NCBI GenBank assembly: GCA_016783555.1
Contig: JADHWH010000002.1
Location: 2,037-66,036, forward strand
Direction: 5' to 3'
Length of the DNA: 64,000 nt
Source: Candidatus Omnitrophota bacterium
GTDB taxonomy: Bacteria; Omnitrophota; Gorgyraeia; JABMRJ01
Shown here: positions 18,552 to 27,708 of the stretch, one piece after another
How positions within the stretch are numbered: the stretch's first letter is position 1
How the letters are laid out: each line of letters starts with the position of its first letter
Program-made: the position numbers and the translations under genes
Notes under the pieces: generated by a model
Told to the model about the DNA's origin: nothing
Database searches by the model: none
The model's input: only the letters and a program-made list of their open reading frames with translations

Positions 18552-19222
18552 CGAAAAAGAAAGCGGTAGTATTATTGTCGGGAGGCGTAGATTCGGCCAC
18601 AACTCTCTTTATGGCTAAAGAGAAGGGCTACGAATGCCTTCCCCTTATCTTCGACTACGGCCAGAGGCACAAGAGAGAGCTTGAATCGGCCAAGAAGATA
18701 TCGGATAGCGCCGGCTGCAGGCATAAGGTATTAAAGATAGAACTTCCGTGGAAAGGAAGCGCCCTTCTAAACAAGAAGAAGAAGTTACCGAACAATAGAT
18801 CCTTTAAAGAGATAAAAAAAGGTATTCCTTCAACGTATGTACCTGCGAGAAATACGATATTTTTGAGCTTTGCGTTGAGTTACGCCGAGGCCATAGGCGC
18901 GTACAAGATATTTATCGGCGCAAACGCCGTTGATTTTTCGGGATACCCGGATTGCAGGCCCGCGTTTTTAAAGGCCTTCGAAAACGTCATAAGAGACGGG
19001 ACAAGAAGAGGCATGGAAGGAAAGCGGATCGCCATCGAAGCGCCTCTTATATTAAAGACCAAATCGCAGATCATAGAAGAGGGAGAGAGGCTTAAAGTCC
19101 CTTATGAATATACATGGTCGTGCTATGCCGGAGAGAGTTCCCCCTGCGGCAATTGCGACTCCTGCATCATAAGAAAGAAGGGGTTTGAGGGGGCGGGCAT
19201 AAAAGACCCGCTTGTAGAATAA
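18548..19222 (+). CDS. queC: 7-cyano-7-deazaguanine synthase
   Basis: LSGGVDS, YGQRH, YVPARN, GYPDCR, TWSCY....CG.CDSC. Confidence 0.97.
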   Translation: MTKKKAVVLLSGGVDSATTLFMAKEKGYECLPLIFDYGQRHKRELESAKKISDSAGCRHKVLKIELPWKGSALLNKKKKLPNNRSFKEIKKGIPSTYVPARNTIFLSFALSYAEAIGAYKIFIGANAVDFSGYPDCRPAFLKAFENVIRDGTRRGMEGKRIAIEAPLILKTKSQIIEEGERLKVPYEYTWSCYAGESSPCGNCDSCIIRKKGFEGAGIKDPLVE

Positions 19223-19935
19223 TGGAAAAAGAGAGAAGCCCGAAAGCGGATGTACTTGAGATATTCTCTTCGGTCCAGGGCGAAGGCCCGTTCGTCGGCA
19301 TAAAGCAGATATTTATAAAGTTTGCCGCTTGTAACGTAACGTGCAAATTCTGCGATTTAGAGCGCAATCTACCCCCGAAGGAATTTTCCATCGAGAAACT
19401 CTTAAGTGTCGTGAAACAGATTTGCGTGAATTCAGGCGATCACCATTCCATGTCTCTTACCGGCGGAGAACCGCTTCTCTATAAAAACTTTCTAAAAGAT
19501 TTCCTTCCGAGGATTAAAAAGGAGCATAAGGATTTAAAGGTCTACCTTGAGACCAACTCCACGCTTGTTCATTCCTTAAAAGAGATAATAGACTTTGTCG
19601 ATATAATAGCTATGGATTTTAAACTGCCGACTTCTACAGGGACTAAGGATTACTGGAAGGAGCATAAAGAGTTCTTAAGCGTGGCGCGCAAGAAGAACTG
19701 TTTCGTCAAGGTAGTAATAACAAACGAGACGAGAGAAAGTGATATTAAGAAGGCGGTAAACGTAATTTGCGGCATAGACAAAGATTTATTATTAGTGCTT
19801 CAGCCGGTATGGCCCGTAAGGAATATAGAACGAGCAAAGACCTCACTTTTGTTCGATTATCTATTTTTGGCGGAGAGACGGCTGAACAATGTCAGGATAA
19901 TGCCGCAGATGCACAAAGTTCTTAGGGTAAGATAA
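19222..19935 (+). CDS. queE: 7-carboxy-7-deazaguanine synthase (radical SAM)
   Basis: EIFSSVQGEG, CxxxCxxC, TGGEPL, PQMHK. Confidence 0.93.
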   Translation: MEKERSPKADVLEIFSSVQGEGPFVGIKQIFIKFAACNVTCKFCDLERNLPPKEFSIEKLLSVVKQICVNSGDHHSMSLTGGEPLLYKNFLKDFLPRIKKEHKDLKVYLETNSTLVHSLKEIIDFVDIIAMDFKLPTSTGTKDYWKEHKEFLSVARKKNCFVKVVITNETRESDIKKAVNVICGIDKDLLLVLQPVWPVRNIERAKTSLLFDYLFLAERRLNNVRIMPQMHKVLRVR

Positions 19936-19936
19936 T

Positions 19937-20461
19937 ATGAGAAAATCCGAAATCCGAAATCCGAAATCCGAAACAAATCCAAAATCGCAAATTTCAAATT
20001 ATGAAGGGTTGCAAGCAGACATCAGAAATTTAAGGACACCAAAAATAGACGTCTGGGAGAACAAATATCCCGAAAAGGAATACACGGTCAATCTAGAGAG
20101 TGCGGAGTTTACATGCATATGCCCGAAGACGGGGCTCCCGGATTTCGCGACTATAAAGTTAAAATACAGACCGGATAAGCGGTGCGTAGAGCTTAAGTCA
20201 TTTAAACTCTATATAATCTCTTATCGCGGCGTGGGTATATTCCACGAACACGCCGTTAATAAGATCTTGGACGATTTTGTCAAGGCATGCTCGCCCCGCT
20301 GGGCGCACATTGAGATGGTGTTTAACCCCAGAGGAGGCATAACGACTACAGTAGAAGCGGAGTATGCCAAGAGCGAAAAACTCAAAGCGCAAAGCGCAAA
20401 ACTAAAAGGTAAAACTAAAAATGAAAAAAATAAATACAAGAAAGATAAAACAAATAGTTAG
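19937..20461 (+). CDS. queF: preQ1 synthase (type I QueF) with repeat-derived N- and C-terminal extensions
   Basis: EFTCICPKTGLPDF, ELKSFKLY, FHE, FNPRGGI. Confidence 0.93.
   Translation: MRKSEIRNPKSETNPKSQISNYEGLQADIRNLRTPKIDVWENKYPEKEYTVNLESAEFTCICPKTGLPDFATIKLKYRPDKRCVELKSFKLYIISYRGVGIFHEHAVNKILDDFVKACSPRWAHIEMVFNPRGGITTTVEAEYAKSEKLKAQSAKLKGKTKNEKNKYKKDKTNS
19943..19999 (+). repeat. heptamer repeat (AAATCCG)x4-AAAC-degenerate heptamers inside the queF 5' end
   Basis: AAATCCG at 19943, 19950, 19957 and 19964, then AAAC AAATCCA AAATCGC AAATTTC. Confidence 0.85.
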
Positions 20462-21263
20462 TCAGCTATGCATTGAGGCGAATATGAACTTAAGAAAAGA
20501 TATCCTCAATGCATTGAAGAAAGCCCTTAAGGTTGAAAGAAATAAAAGAGCGAAAAGGATATTAAGAGAGATTATCGATAACGCAAGGATAGCGAAGACT
20601 GAGAGACTGCCCATATGTCAGGATACGGGCGTAGCCGTAGTCTATTGCGAGATAGGCCAGGATGTCTCAATTGTGGGGAGTGAGTTTGAGAAGGCCGTTA
20701 ATGAGGGGGTAAGAGAAGGTTACAGGAAGGGAAATTTAAGAAAGTCCGTCGTCTCTTCCCCTATCGAAAGAGAGAATACGCGCACAAACACACCCGCCGT
20801 TATTCATACGCGGATTGTGCCGGGAAACAAATTAAGAATAACGGTCTGCCCGAAGGGATTCGGCAGTGAAAATAAGAGCGATATCAGGATGTTTGAGCCA
20901 ACCGCGACTACTAAGGATATAAAAGATTTTGTGCTGGATGTCGTAAGGAATTGCGGCGCCGAGGCATGCCCCCCGTTAGTCTTAGGTATCGGCATCGGAG
21001 GGACTTTTGAAAAGGCGGCAGGGCTTGCCAAATTATCATTACTGCGCCCTATTGGCAAAAGAAATCCTAAAAAGCATATCGGGAGATTAGAGAGAGAACT
21101 CTTAGGCGATATTAACAGGCTGAATATAGGGCCGATGGGGCTCGGCGGCAAGACGACGGCGTTGGCCGTGAATATCCTGGAATTTCCGACGCATATCGCG
21201 GGATTGCCCGTTGCGGTCTGCGTATCATGCCACGCCACAAGAAGCGCCAAGAAGGTATTATGA
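20421..21263 (+). CDS. Fe-S class I fumarate hydratase/tartrate dehydratase, alpha subunit
   Basis: PICQDTG, PKGFGSEN, ACPP, GPMGLGG, HIAGLP...SCH. Confidence 0.92.
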   Translation: MKKINTRKIKQIVSQLCIEANMNLRKDILNALKKALKVERNKRAKRILREIIDNARIAKTERLPICQDTGVAVVYCEIGQDVSIVGSEFEKAVNEGVREGYRKGNLRKSVVSSPIERENTRTNTPAVIHTRIVPGNKLRITVCPKGFGSENKSDIRMFEPTATTKDIKDFVLDVVRNCGAEACPPLVLGIGIGGTFEKAAGLAKLSLLRPIGKRNPKKHIGRLERELLGDINRLNIGPMGLGGKTTALAVNILEFPTHIAGLPVAVCVSCHATRSAKKVL

Positions 21264-21787
21264 TAAAGATAGAATTGCCACTCGACAGAAAGAAGAGAGT
21301 CTCCTTAAAAACAGGCCAGAGACTCCTTTTATACGGGAAGTTATATACAGCCAGGGATATGGCGCATAAAAGACTTAGAGAGATGATAAGAAAAAGATCG
21401 CCCCTTCCTATTTCTTTAAAGGGCGAGATACTGTATTATTGCGGCCCTACGCCGCCTCCGCCGGGAAGGCCGATCGGCTCCTGCGGCCCTACCACCAGCT
21501 CCAGGATGGACCCTTTTACCATACCGCTTCTTAAGAAAGGGTTGGGCGGCATGATAGGGAAAGGTAGAAGGTCGCCCGATATACGCAGGGCGATAAAGAG
21601 CCACAGGGGCGTCTATTTAATAGCCACAGGGGGAGCGGGGGCGCTTCTCTCCGGCAAGGTAAAGAGAGCGAGTATCGTGGCCTTTCGCGATCTTGGGCCC
21701 GAGGCGATATATGAACTGGAAGTGGAGGGCTTTCCTGTAATTGTGGCCATAGACAGTAGAGGGAGAGATATTTATGATGAGAAATAA
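21260..21787 (+). CDS. Fe-S class I fumarate hydratase/tartrate dehydratase, beta subunit
   Basis: [27 protein letters not shown]; ATG 21260 overlaps the alpha stop. Confidence 0.92.
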   Translation: MIKIELPLDRKKRVSLKTGQRLLLYGKLYTARDMAHKRLREMIRKRSPLPISLKGEILYYCGPTPPPPGRPIGSCGPTTSSRMDPFTIPLLKKGLGGMIGKGRRSPDIRRAIKSHRGVYLIATGGAGALLSGKVKRASIVAFRDLGPEAIYELEVEGFPVIVAIDSRGRDIYDEK

Positions 21788-22502
21788 TGGAAGAAAACAC
21801 GACGTTTTAAGAAAGATTAAGATCACGCGCAACTATATGAACTTCGCAGAGGGCTCTTGTCTTATAGAGATCGGTAAGACAAAGGTTGTCTGTACCGCCT
21901 CTGTCGAAGCCGGCGTGCCTATATTTTTAAGGGGTAAGGGTAGAGGCTGGCTTACGGCGGAATACGGGATGCTTCCGCGTTCCTGTAAAAGTCGTGTTGC
22001 AAGAGAATCTTCGAGAGGCAGGGTCGGCGGAAGGACCCACGAGATCCAGCGGCTTATAGGAAGGTCCTTGAGGTCAGTCGCCTCTTTAGATTCCCTTGGC
22101 GAGCGGACAATCTGGATGGATTGCGATGTTATCCAGGCTGATGGGGGGACGAGGACCGCAGGTATAACCGGCAGCTTTATAGCCCTGGTAGACGCCCTGA
22201 AGTCTTTAAAGGAAGACGGGGTTTTGACTGACATCCCGCTGTGCGGTTATGTGGCAGCGGTGAGCGTGGGCATAGTTGACGGTAAGAAATTTTTAGATCT
22301 TGACTACGACGAAGACGTCAGGGCGGAAGTTGATATGAATATTGTTATGACGGATTCGGGCAGGTTTATCGAGGTGCAGGGAACGGCCGAAGGCACGCCA
22401 TTCAGTGGTACAGAGCTTAACGGATTGATCAATCTGGCCAATAAGGGTATAAAAGGAATCGTGAGCGCCCAAAAGAAGGCCTTGGGCAAAGATGCCTTAT
22501 GA
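21774..22502 (+). CDS. rph: ribonuclease PH
   Basis: [37 protein letters not shown]. Confidence 0.97.
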   Translation: MMRNNGRKHDVLRKIKITRNYMNFAEGSCLIEIGKTKVVCTASVEAGVPIFLRGKGRGWLTAEYGMLPRSCKSRVARESSRGRVGGRTHEIQRLIGRSLRSVASLDSLGERTIWMDCDVIQADGGTRTAGITGSFIALVDALKSLKEDGVLTDIPLCGYVAAVSVGIVDGKKFLDLDYDEDVRAEVDMNIVMTDSGRFIEVQGTAEGTPFSGTELNGLINLANKGIKGIVSAQKKALGKDAL

Positions 22503-23116
22503 AGCGGGAGCTTGTAATATCTACTAGAAATAAGAAGAAATTCAGAGAGATCAAAAGGCTCTTTAAAGGTTCTAATATAAAGATATCCTCTTTAAATAGA
22601 TTTCCAGGCATACCCCGGGTCATTGAAGACAAGAAGACCTTCAATGGCAACGCCGTAAAGAAGGCGCTTCTTGTATCAAGGCGCACTAAGAGACTGGTCC
22701 TGGCGGATGATTCAGGCCTTGAGGTCTATTCTCTCCACGGAAGACCCGGAGTCTTCTCTTCCCGCTACGCAGGGCCGGGAAAGAGCGACAGGCTCAACTG
22801 CCTTAAACTGCTTCGGGCTTTGAGAAATAAGCCACCCGGCAAAAGAAAGGCCCGCTTCAGATGCGCTGTAGCGATAGCAGATGAGGGAGGGCTTATCAAA
22901 GTTATTGAGAAATCTTGCTCGGGTAAGATCGGGTATGATATGGAGGGTGGATCCGGCTTTGGATACGACCCTCTATTTATACCCCGCGGCTATAAAAAGA
23001 GTTTCGCGCAATTAGGTTCGAAGGTAAAAGATAAGCTGAGCCACAGAGGAAAGGCATTACGGCGGGCAAAGGGTTTTATCGAAAAATATCTTTCAGGATC
23101 CCCTCGACCTCTTTAA
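22499..23116 (+). CDS. rdgB: non-canonical purine NTP pyrophosphatase
   Basis: [28 protein letters not shown]; follows rph. Confidence 0.95.
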   Translation: MKRELVISTRNKKKFREIKRLFKGSNIKISSLNRFPGIPRVIEDKKTFNGNAVKKALLVSRRTKRLVLADDSGLEVYSLHGRPGVFSSRYAGPGKSDRLNCLKLLRALRNKPPGKRKARFRCAVAIADEGGLIKVIEKSCSGKIGYDMEGGSGFGYDPLFIPRGYKKSFAQLGSKVKDKLSHRGKALRRAKGFIEKYLSGSPRPL

Positions 23117-24758
23117 ACTCACCCTTGAAGATTTCCTTGACGGGCGCTGAACTCATTTTATATTGAGGCTCTTTCAATGTGCCGGTAATCTTCACCCTCC
23201 CCATATAATTACCGGCCTCTGAAATAAGAAGATTGGCTATCTGGGAGGCGTCCGAAGTCCCTTCTACTAAATCCTGTATTATATGCGTCTTCATCAAGAG
23301 ATCTATATTTTGATCGAAATCGACAGAGCCCATAAGGGTCATATTTACCTTTTCGCTGAAAAAAGTAAGGTCTTCGGTTGATATCTTTCTTTGGCCCACG
23401 ATGAAGTTGCCAAACGCCTCTTGGAATGTTACGGAATCAAGACCGGAAAGCTTCAGCAATTCCGCTGCACCGCCCAATAACGGCAATTCCCAGAGATGGC
23501 CGTCTATAACTTTAACCCAGCCGTTGCCGCGCAGGGTCTCTGTCGAAGCCGCCTTTCCGTTAAGGAAGAACTTGCTTGATATAAAACCTTTCATCTTCTC
23601 CTGCCCGAAATTCATATCAGCTGAAAATTTTGCCAGGTTTAGGTCTCTTAGCTCGAAGCTTACGGAATATGGAATATCTTTTTTATCGAGCTCCGCGGAT
23701 ATAATCACAGCCAGATGCCCAAGATACGGCTTTAGGGTAAACCTCTCTGTATTGAGACGCCCGTCTTTTAACCTCAGGTCTAAGTTGAGGTCATCAAGGG
23801 CGAGCCCATGCAGAAAGACCTTATTGGACTTTAATTTCACACTGGCCTCGGAAGCCTCAATCTCGCTTAAGTTCCCGTTAAAAAATACGGCGGCATGACA
23901 CAACCCGGCGGGATTTAATGAATCCTGTATATATCCGGATCTGGGGAGGGCCTTCTTTAAATCCGCAAGATCTAAGCTGGCTTCGCCATAGATATTGATT
24001 AGCGGGTCGGTCAGACCTTTAATCTCCCCCATGATCTCAAAAGAGGATCCGAGAAACGTCCCGCCGATCTTCTCTATCTTCAGGTAGTCATACTTAAGGA
24101 TGAAGTTCCCTTCAGATTTTAGCATAGGAGATGTAAGAGATAGCCGGCCCTGCGGGGAGTCTTTATCCAGATCTGTTATACTGCCTTCTATATTGTAGAC
24201 CGTGTTCTTATATTTAAGGAAGGTGTCATCCAGGCGGATGGTCTCTTTGTCTAAATTTACCTCCCCTGAGATGTTCTCTATTTCAGTGGGCAGGCCGGGG
24301 GCCTCTACGGAAAAATTCGCGAATTTCACAGTCCCATCAAGACCTTTAAAAAATAAGCGTTGCTCCGCGGCCTCGCTTTTTCTTAATGATATATACACAA
24401 CACCGCTTAACTTTGTGGAATTATGTGTGAGATCCTTCAGCCCCACACGCGCCTTGATATCCCTTTCTTTCAAAAGCGGCCAGAGGCTGATGTTGAAAGA
24501 TAGCTCGTTTAGGATTATTAACGGATTACTGGAGGGCGTGTTATCATAGATAGTGATGTCATTGAGATAGAATTGGCTGATCGGCAGATAATTAATGCTG
24601 CCGATGGAGACACTGCGGCCGGTCTTCTCTTCCAGGAAATTTGTAACAAGGCCTTTTATCTTGACGGGCAGTACGTATTTATTTATGTACCAGACGCCAA
24701 TAAGAAGGCCGAACAATATCGTCAATATTATGATTATAACGGTTATTTTTGTTTTCAT
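23076..24758 (-). CDS. AsmA-family (bridge-like lipid transfer) protein
   Basis: N-terminal TM anchor, beta-rich repeats, C-terminal G.VDFD...ITGTLKEP. Confidence 0.75.
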   Translation of the reverse strand: MKTKITVIIIILTILFGLLIGVWYINKYVLPVKIKGLVTNFLEEKTGRSVSIGSINYLPISQFYLNDITIYDNTPSSNPLIILNELSFNISLWPLLKERDIKARVGLKDLTHNSTKLSGVVYISLRKSEAAEQRLFFKGLDGTVKFANFSVEAPGLPTEIENISGEVNLDKETIRLDDTFLKYKNTVYNIEGSITDLDKDSPQGRLSLTSPMLKSEGNFILKYDYLKIEKIGGTFLGSSFEIMGEIKGLTDPLINIYGEASLDLADLKKALPRSGYIQDSLNPAGLCHAAVFFNGNLSEIEASEASVKLKSNKVFLHGLALDDLNLDLRLKDGRLNTERFTLKPYLGHLAVIISAELDKKDIPYSVSFELRDLNLAKFSADMNFGQEKMKGFISSKFFLNGKAASTETLRGNGWVKVIDGHLWELPLLGGAAELLKLSGLDSVTFQEAFGNFIVGQRKISTEDLTFFSEKVNMTLMGSVDFDQNIDLLMKTHIIQDLVEGTSDASQIANLLISEAGNYMGRVKITGTLKEPQYKMSSAPVKEIFKGEFKEVEGILKDIFR

Positions 24759-24916
24759 AATGCGATCTTCTTTAAAATCAATCTATTATATACTACATAG
24801 AACGCATATTCAAGCCAATTTTGCAGCCTCTAAGCCGGGTAAAATTGTCAGGCCGGCCTCTAAGATCATTTGACAAATATATGATTTCAATATATACTTT
24901 TAGAAAAGAGGTGCAT

Positions 24917-25912
24917 GTGAGAATAGAGAGAAATATTAGATACTCGGTTTTGGCAGCAGTTTTTTTATCTTCTATCCTTTTACCTGTATTTACCGCAGAA
25001 GGAAAGGGATCGGAAAAAAAATCCGAAATAGAAGAGCAGGCGCTTTACAAACGGCAGAAGGATGCTCGCAATCTATACGATGTAAAGTTTCCCGAAAAAA
25101 AAGAAAAGTCAGATCTGGAAAAGCATCTTGAAACCAGGATCGCGGGATTGAGAGAGCTTTTTGAAGAAGAGAGGAAGGCCGAAAGGGAAGAGAGGAAGAG
25201 AAAGACGAGGGAGGCGGTAGAGGCCCGTAAGAAGGCGAAGAAGCAGTCGATCCCGGAGAAAAGAGCTCGCAGAGAAGAGGTACGCCGAAAAAGGAAAGAA
25301 TTATTACAGGAGAAGAGAGATAAGCTTAAAAAAGAGCTTGAGAGGCGGAAGCGAGAAAGGCAAGAAGCGCGGGAAGAGAAGATTAGTAAAGAGAAAGAGG
25401 CCAAGCTTAAAAAGAGGGCCGAAAGAAAGGCCCAGCTTAAAGAAGATAAAAAGAGATTGAGAGAAGAAAGGGAGAGAAAGAAGGCCGAGAAAAAGGCTAA
25501 GATAGAAGAGAAGCGGAAGAGATTGAAAGAAGAAAGAGAGAGGCGAAAGGCCGAGAGAAAAGCAAGGCTTGAAGAGAAGAAGAGGAAGAAAGAAGAAGAA
25601 AAGAAAAGACGAGAAGCAGAGAAAAGACCTGAGCCCGAAAAGAAAGAGATAAAAGAAGAACGAAAAGAGAGAGAAGAAGATAAGGCCGAGGAAGAGAGAG
25701 GGTTAGAAGAAGTTAAGAGAGAAGAGCAGGCTGATCTGAAAAAGATTGCCGAGGAAGAGATGGCCTATGCCATAAGGCATAGAGGTTCACACCGATTCAT
25801 TGACTTGCTGCTTGAAGAAGGAGATATCTTATTTAACGAAGGAAAATACGAAGAGGCAGCCAAGAGGTATTTTAAGGTCAACCGCGCCGTTGCCGGCGAA
25901 GTTGTCGAGTAA
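24917..25912 (+). CDS. exported E/R/K-rich long helical protein with a C-terminal TPR-like motif
   Basis: Promoter TTGACA-17-TATACT (24870-24898) and SD GAGGTG favour GTG 24917; signal peptide; about 200 aa of charged low-complexity sequence; GDILFNEGKYEEAAKRY. Confidence 0.7.
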   Translation: MRIERNIRYSVLAAVFLSSILLPVFTAEGKGSEKKSEIEEQALYKRQKDARNLYDVKFPEKKEKSDLEKHLETRIAGLRELFEEERKAEREERKRKTREAVEARKKAKKQSIPEKRARREEVRRKRKELLQEKRDKLKKELERRKRERQEAREEKISKEKEAKLKKRAERKAQLKEDKKRLREERERKKAEKKAKIEEKRKRLKEERERRKAERKARLEEKKRKKEEEKKRREAEKRPEPEKKEIKEERKEREEDKAEEERGLEEVKREEQADLKKIAEEEMAYAIRHRGSHRFIDLLLEEGDILFNEGKYEEAAKRYFKVNRAVAGEVVE

Positions 25913-25975
25913 AAAATAGGGACAGGTCCATTTTTCCCGAGAGAGACATTGAAAAATGGACCTGTCCCTATTTTT
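25912..25975. terminator. perfect 25-bp inverted repeat, probable bidirectional terminator/REP-like element
   Basis: AAAAATAGGGACAGGTCCATTTTTC-N14-GAAAAATGGACCTGTCCCTATTTTT between a CDS and a convergent tRNA. Confidence 0.8.
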
Positions 25976-25981
25976 ATAAAT

Positions 25982-26057
25982 TGGCGCGCCTGGCAGGACT
26001 CGAACCTGCAACCAAGTGGTTCGAAGCCACCTACTCTATCCATTGAGCTACAGGCGC
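25982..26057 (-). tRNA. tRNA-Arg (TCG)
   Basis: GCGCCTGTAGCTCAATGGATAGAG...GGTGG-CT-TCG-AA-CCACT...GGTTCGAGTCC...GCCA, 76 nt. Confidence 0.95.
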
Positions 26058-26072
26058 GGGATCAACTTCAAC

Positions 26073-26243
26073 TTAACCGGCGGGCTTCTCGTTGTCGTCG
26101 CCGGTCAACGACTTTTGCGCGTTCTTGAATTCCTTTATAGCCTTCCCCAGAGACCTTGCTATTTTAGGCAAGTTTTTAACATCGAACAAGACAAGGCAGA
26201 TGACCAATATTACTATAATCTCGGGAAGGCCTATCCCAAACAT
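26073..26243 (-). CDS. tatA: twin-arginine translocase TatA/TatE subunit (56 aa, below the ORF-track cutoff)
   Basis: MFGIGLPEIIVILVICLVLFDVKNLPKIARSLGKAIKEFKNAQKSLTGDDNEKPAG*. Confidence 0.88.
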   Translation of the reverse strand: MFGIGLPEIIVILVICLVLFDVKNLPKIARSLGKAIKEFKNAQKSLTGDDNEKPAG

Positions 26244-26306
26244 GAAGACCCCTTTTTGTTATTACAAGAATAGCATATGCGCGCCGAAAATTCAAGATTA
26301 AAAACG

Positions 26307-26335
26307 TTGACTATCCCATACAATATTACTATAAT
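26307..26335 (+). promoter_or_regulatory. sigma70 promoter of the tRNA-Pro/Arg/His transcript
   Basis: TTGACT-17-TATAAT. Confidence 0.75.
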
Positions 26336-26349
26336 ATTACCATATAAAA

Positions 26350-26428
<79 letters not shown>

Positions 26429-26450
26429 GAATTGCTACTTTGAAATTCAT

Positions 26451-26605
26451 CGGGTGTTGTGAGAGGATTCGAAGCGAGCGAGCGCCGAGCAAAGCGAGGA
26501 TAAGGCCGATAGCCGCGAAGCGGCGAGGCCGTAAGCGAGTGAGGGGAGCCTACGCAGCGAGCGCATAAGCGCGAGCGTAGTAGGCGAATCCTCTCACCCC
26601 GACCA
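26451..26605 (+). repeat. tRNA-linked structured element ending in a duplicate of the tRNA-Pro 3' end
   Basis: CGAATCCTCTCACCCCGACCA at 26408-26428 and 26585-26605; inverted copy GTGAGAGGATTCGAA at 26459-26473. Confidence 0.75.
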
Positions 26606-26614
26606 GGGTAACGT

Positions 26615-26691
26615 GCGCCTGTAGCTCAGTTGGATAGAGCATCTGCCTTCTAAGCCGAGGGTCGCAGGTTCGAATCCTGCCAGGCGTACCA
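26615..26691 (+). tRNA. tRNA-Arg (TCT)
   Basis: GCGCCTG acceptor; TCTGC-CT-TCT-AA-GCCGA (one T.C mismatch in the stem); GGTTCGAATCC; CCA. Confidence 0.92.
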
Positions 26692-26692
26692 A

Positions 26693-26790
26693 TTCCGCCA
26701 AAGGCGGAAATGATCCTGAGCGAGTACTTGACATCGAAGATGTCAAGTACGAAGCGAAGGACCTTAAGATATTTCGCCGAAGGCGGAAAT
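26693..26790. repeat. cluster of REP-like hairpins in the tRNA spacer
   Basis: TTCCGCC-AAA-GGCGGAA; CCTGAGCGA...GCGAAGGA enclosing GTACTTGACATC-GAA-GATGTCAAGTAC; TTCGCC-GAA-GGCGGA. Confidence 0.65.
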
Positions 26791-26794
26791 TTAC

Positions 26795-26872
26795 GGTGGG
26801 TGTAGCTCAGTTGGTCAGAGCACTTGACTGTGGCTCAAGTGGTCGGGAGTTCAAGTCTCCTCACCCACCCCA
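26795..26872 (+). tRNA. tRNA-His (GTG) with encoded G-1
   Basis: G-GTGGGTG acceptor; CTTGA-CT-GTG-GC-TCAAG; C discriminator; CCA. Confidence 0.95.
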
Positions 26873-26925
26873 GTGTTTGATTTTTTACGAAAGTTAACAA
26901 GAAACAGAAAAAAAATGGAGAAGAT

Positions 26926-27291
26926 ATGAAGTCAAAAAAGGTATTGGTAATCGATGACGAAAAGGATCTGCTTGAGTTGTTGACAACCAGGCTTCAGGGC
27001 GAAGGCTTTGAAGTCACCTGCGCATTTAACGGGAAAGAGGGGCTGGACAAGGCCGCTGAATGGAAACCGGATTTAATACTTCTGGATATCATGATGCCCG
27101 AGATGGACGGCATTCAGACATTGAAGGTATTAAAAGAGACGTCCGAGACAAGGACCATACCCGTGATTATGCTTACCTGTAAAGGAGAGACAGAGAGTAT
27201 ATTTAAGACAGAGAAGCTGGGATCGACAGATTATATCATAAAACCGTTTGACTCGACTGAATTGCTCAGTCTGGTTAAGAGGTATATCTAA
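26926..27291 (+). CDS. single-domain response regulator (receiver)
   Basis: VIDDE, LLDIMMP.MDG, MLT, KPF. Confidence 0.92.
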   Translation: MKSKKVLVIDDEKDLLELLTTRLQGEGFEVTCAFNGKEGLDKAAEWKPDLILLDIMMPEMDGIQTLKVLKETSETRTIPVIMLTCKGETESIFKTEKLGSTDYIIKPFDSTELLSLVKRYI

Positions 27292-27299
27292 CCAAAGAG

Positions 27300-27686
27300 A
27301 TGGCAAAAGAGAAGATACTCGTTATCGATGACGAAAAAGAATTCTTAAGCCTGCTTGAGAGCCGGCTTGGGGCGGAGGGCTATGAGGTCATCACCGCTTC
27401 AAACGGTATTGAGGGCTTAGAGAGGGTTAGAGAACAGAAACCGGATTTAGTGGTCTGCGATATAGGGATGCCCTTGAAAGACGGTTTTGAAGTTCTAAAG
27501 GAGATAAGGGAAGGGGTAGACAAGCGCCTTCCCGTTATCATAGCTTCAGTTGTAGATGATTTCGATAAGATCACCAAGGTCTATGAAGACGAAGCGGATT
27601 TTTTTGTATCCAAACCGGTCGAGATTATAACGCTTTCGAAGAATATAAGAACCCTGCTTAATCTGTGCAAAGGTAAACGCGAGTAG
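27300..27686 (+). CDS. single-domain response regulator (receiver)
   Basis: VIDDE, VCDIGMP..DG, KPV. Confidence 0.9.
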   Translation: MAKEKILVIDDEKEFLSLLESRLGAEGYEVITASNGIEGLERVREQKPDLVVCDIGMPLKDGFEVLKEIREGVDKRLPVIIASVVDDFDKITKVYEDEADFFVSKPVEIITLSKNIRTLLNLCKGKRE

Positions 27687-27708
27687 TAACTATTGTAGAA
27701 AGCAGAAG

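Noticed and set aside
18192-20461. 7-deazaguanine DNA-modification (dpd) system
   Set aside because: queF is present and there is no dpdA/dpdB; the housekeeping context indicates tRNA queuosine synthesis.
26451-26605. An additional tRNA gene
   Set aside because: No D-arm or anticodon arm; only the T-arm 3' half and acceptor end are copied.
26642-26658. tRNA-Arg(TCT) as a pseudogene because of a T.C mismatch in the anticodon stem
   Set aside because: All other arms and the CCA end are intact; a single mismatch is tolerable or may be a base-call error.
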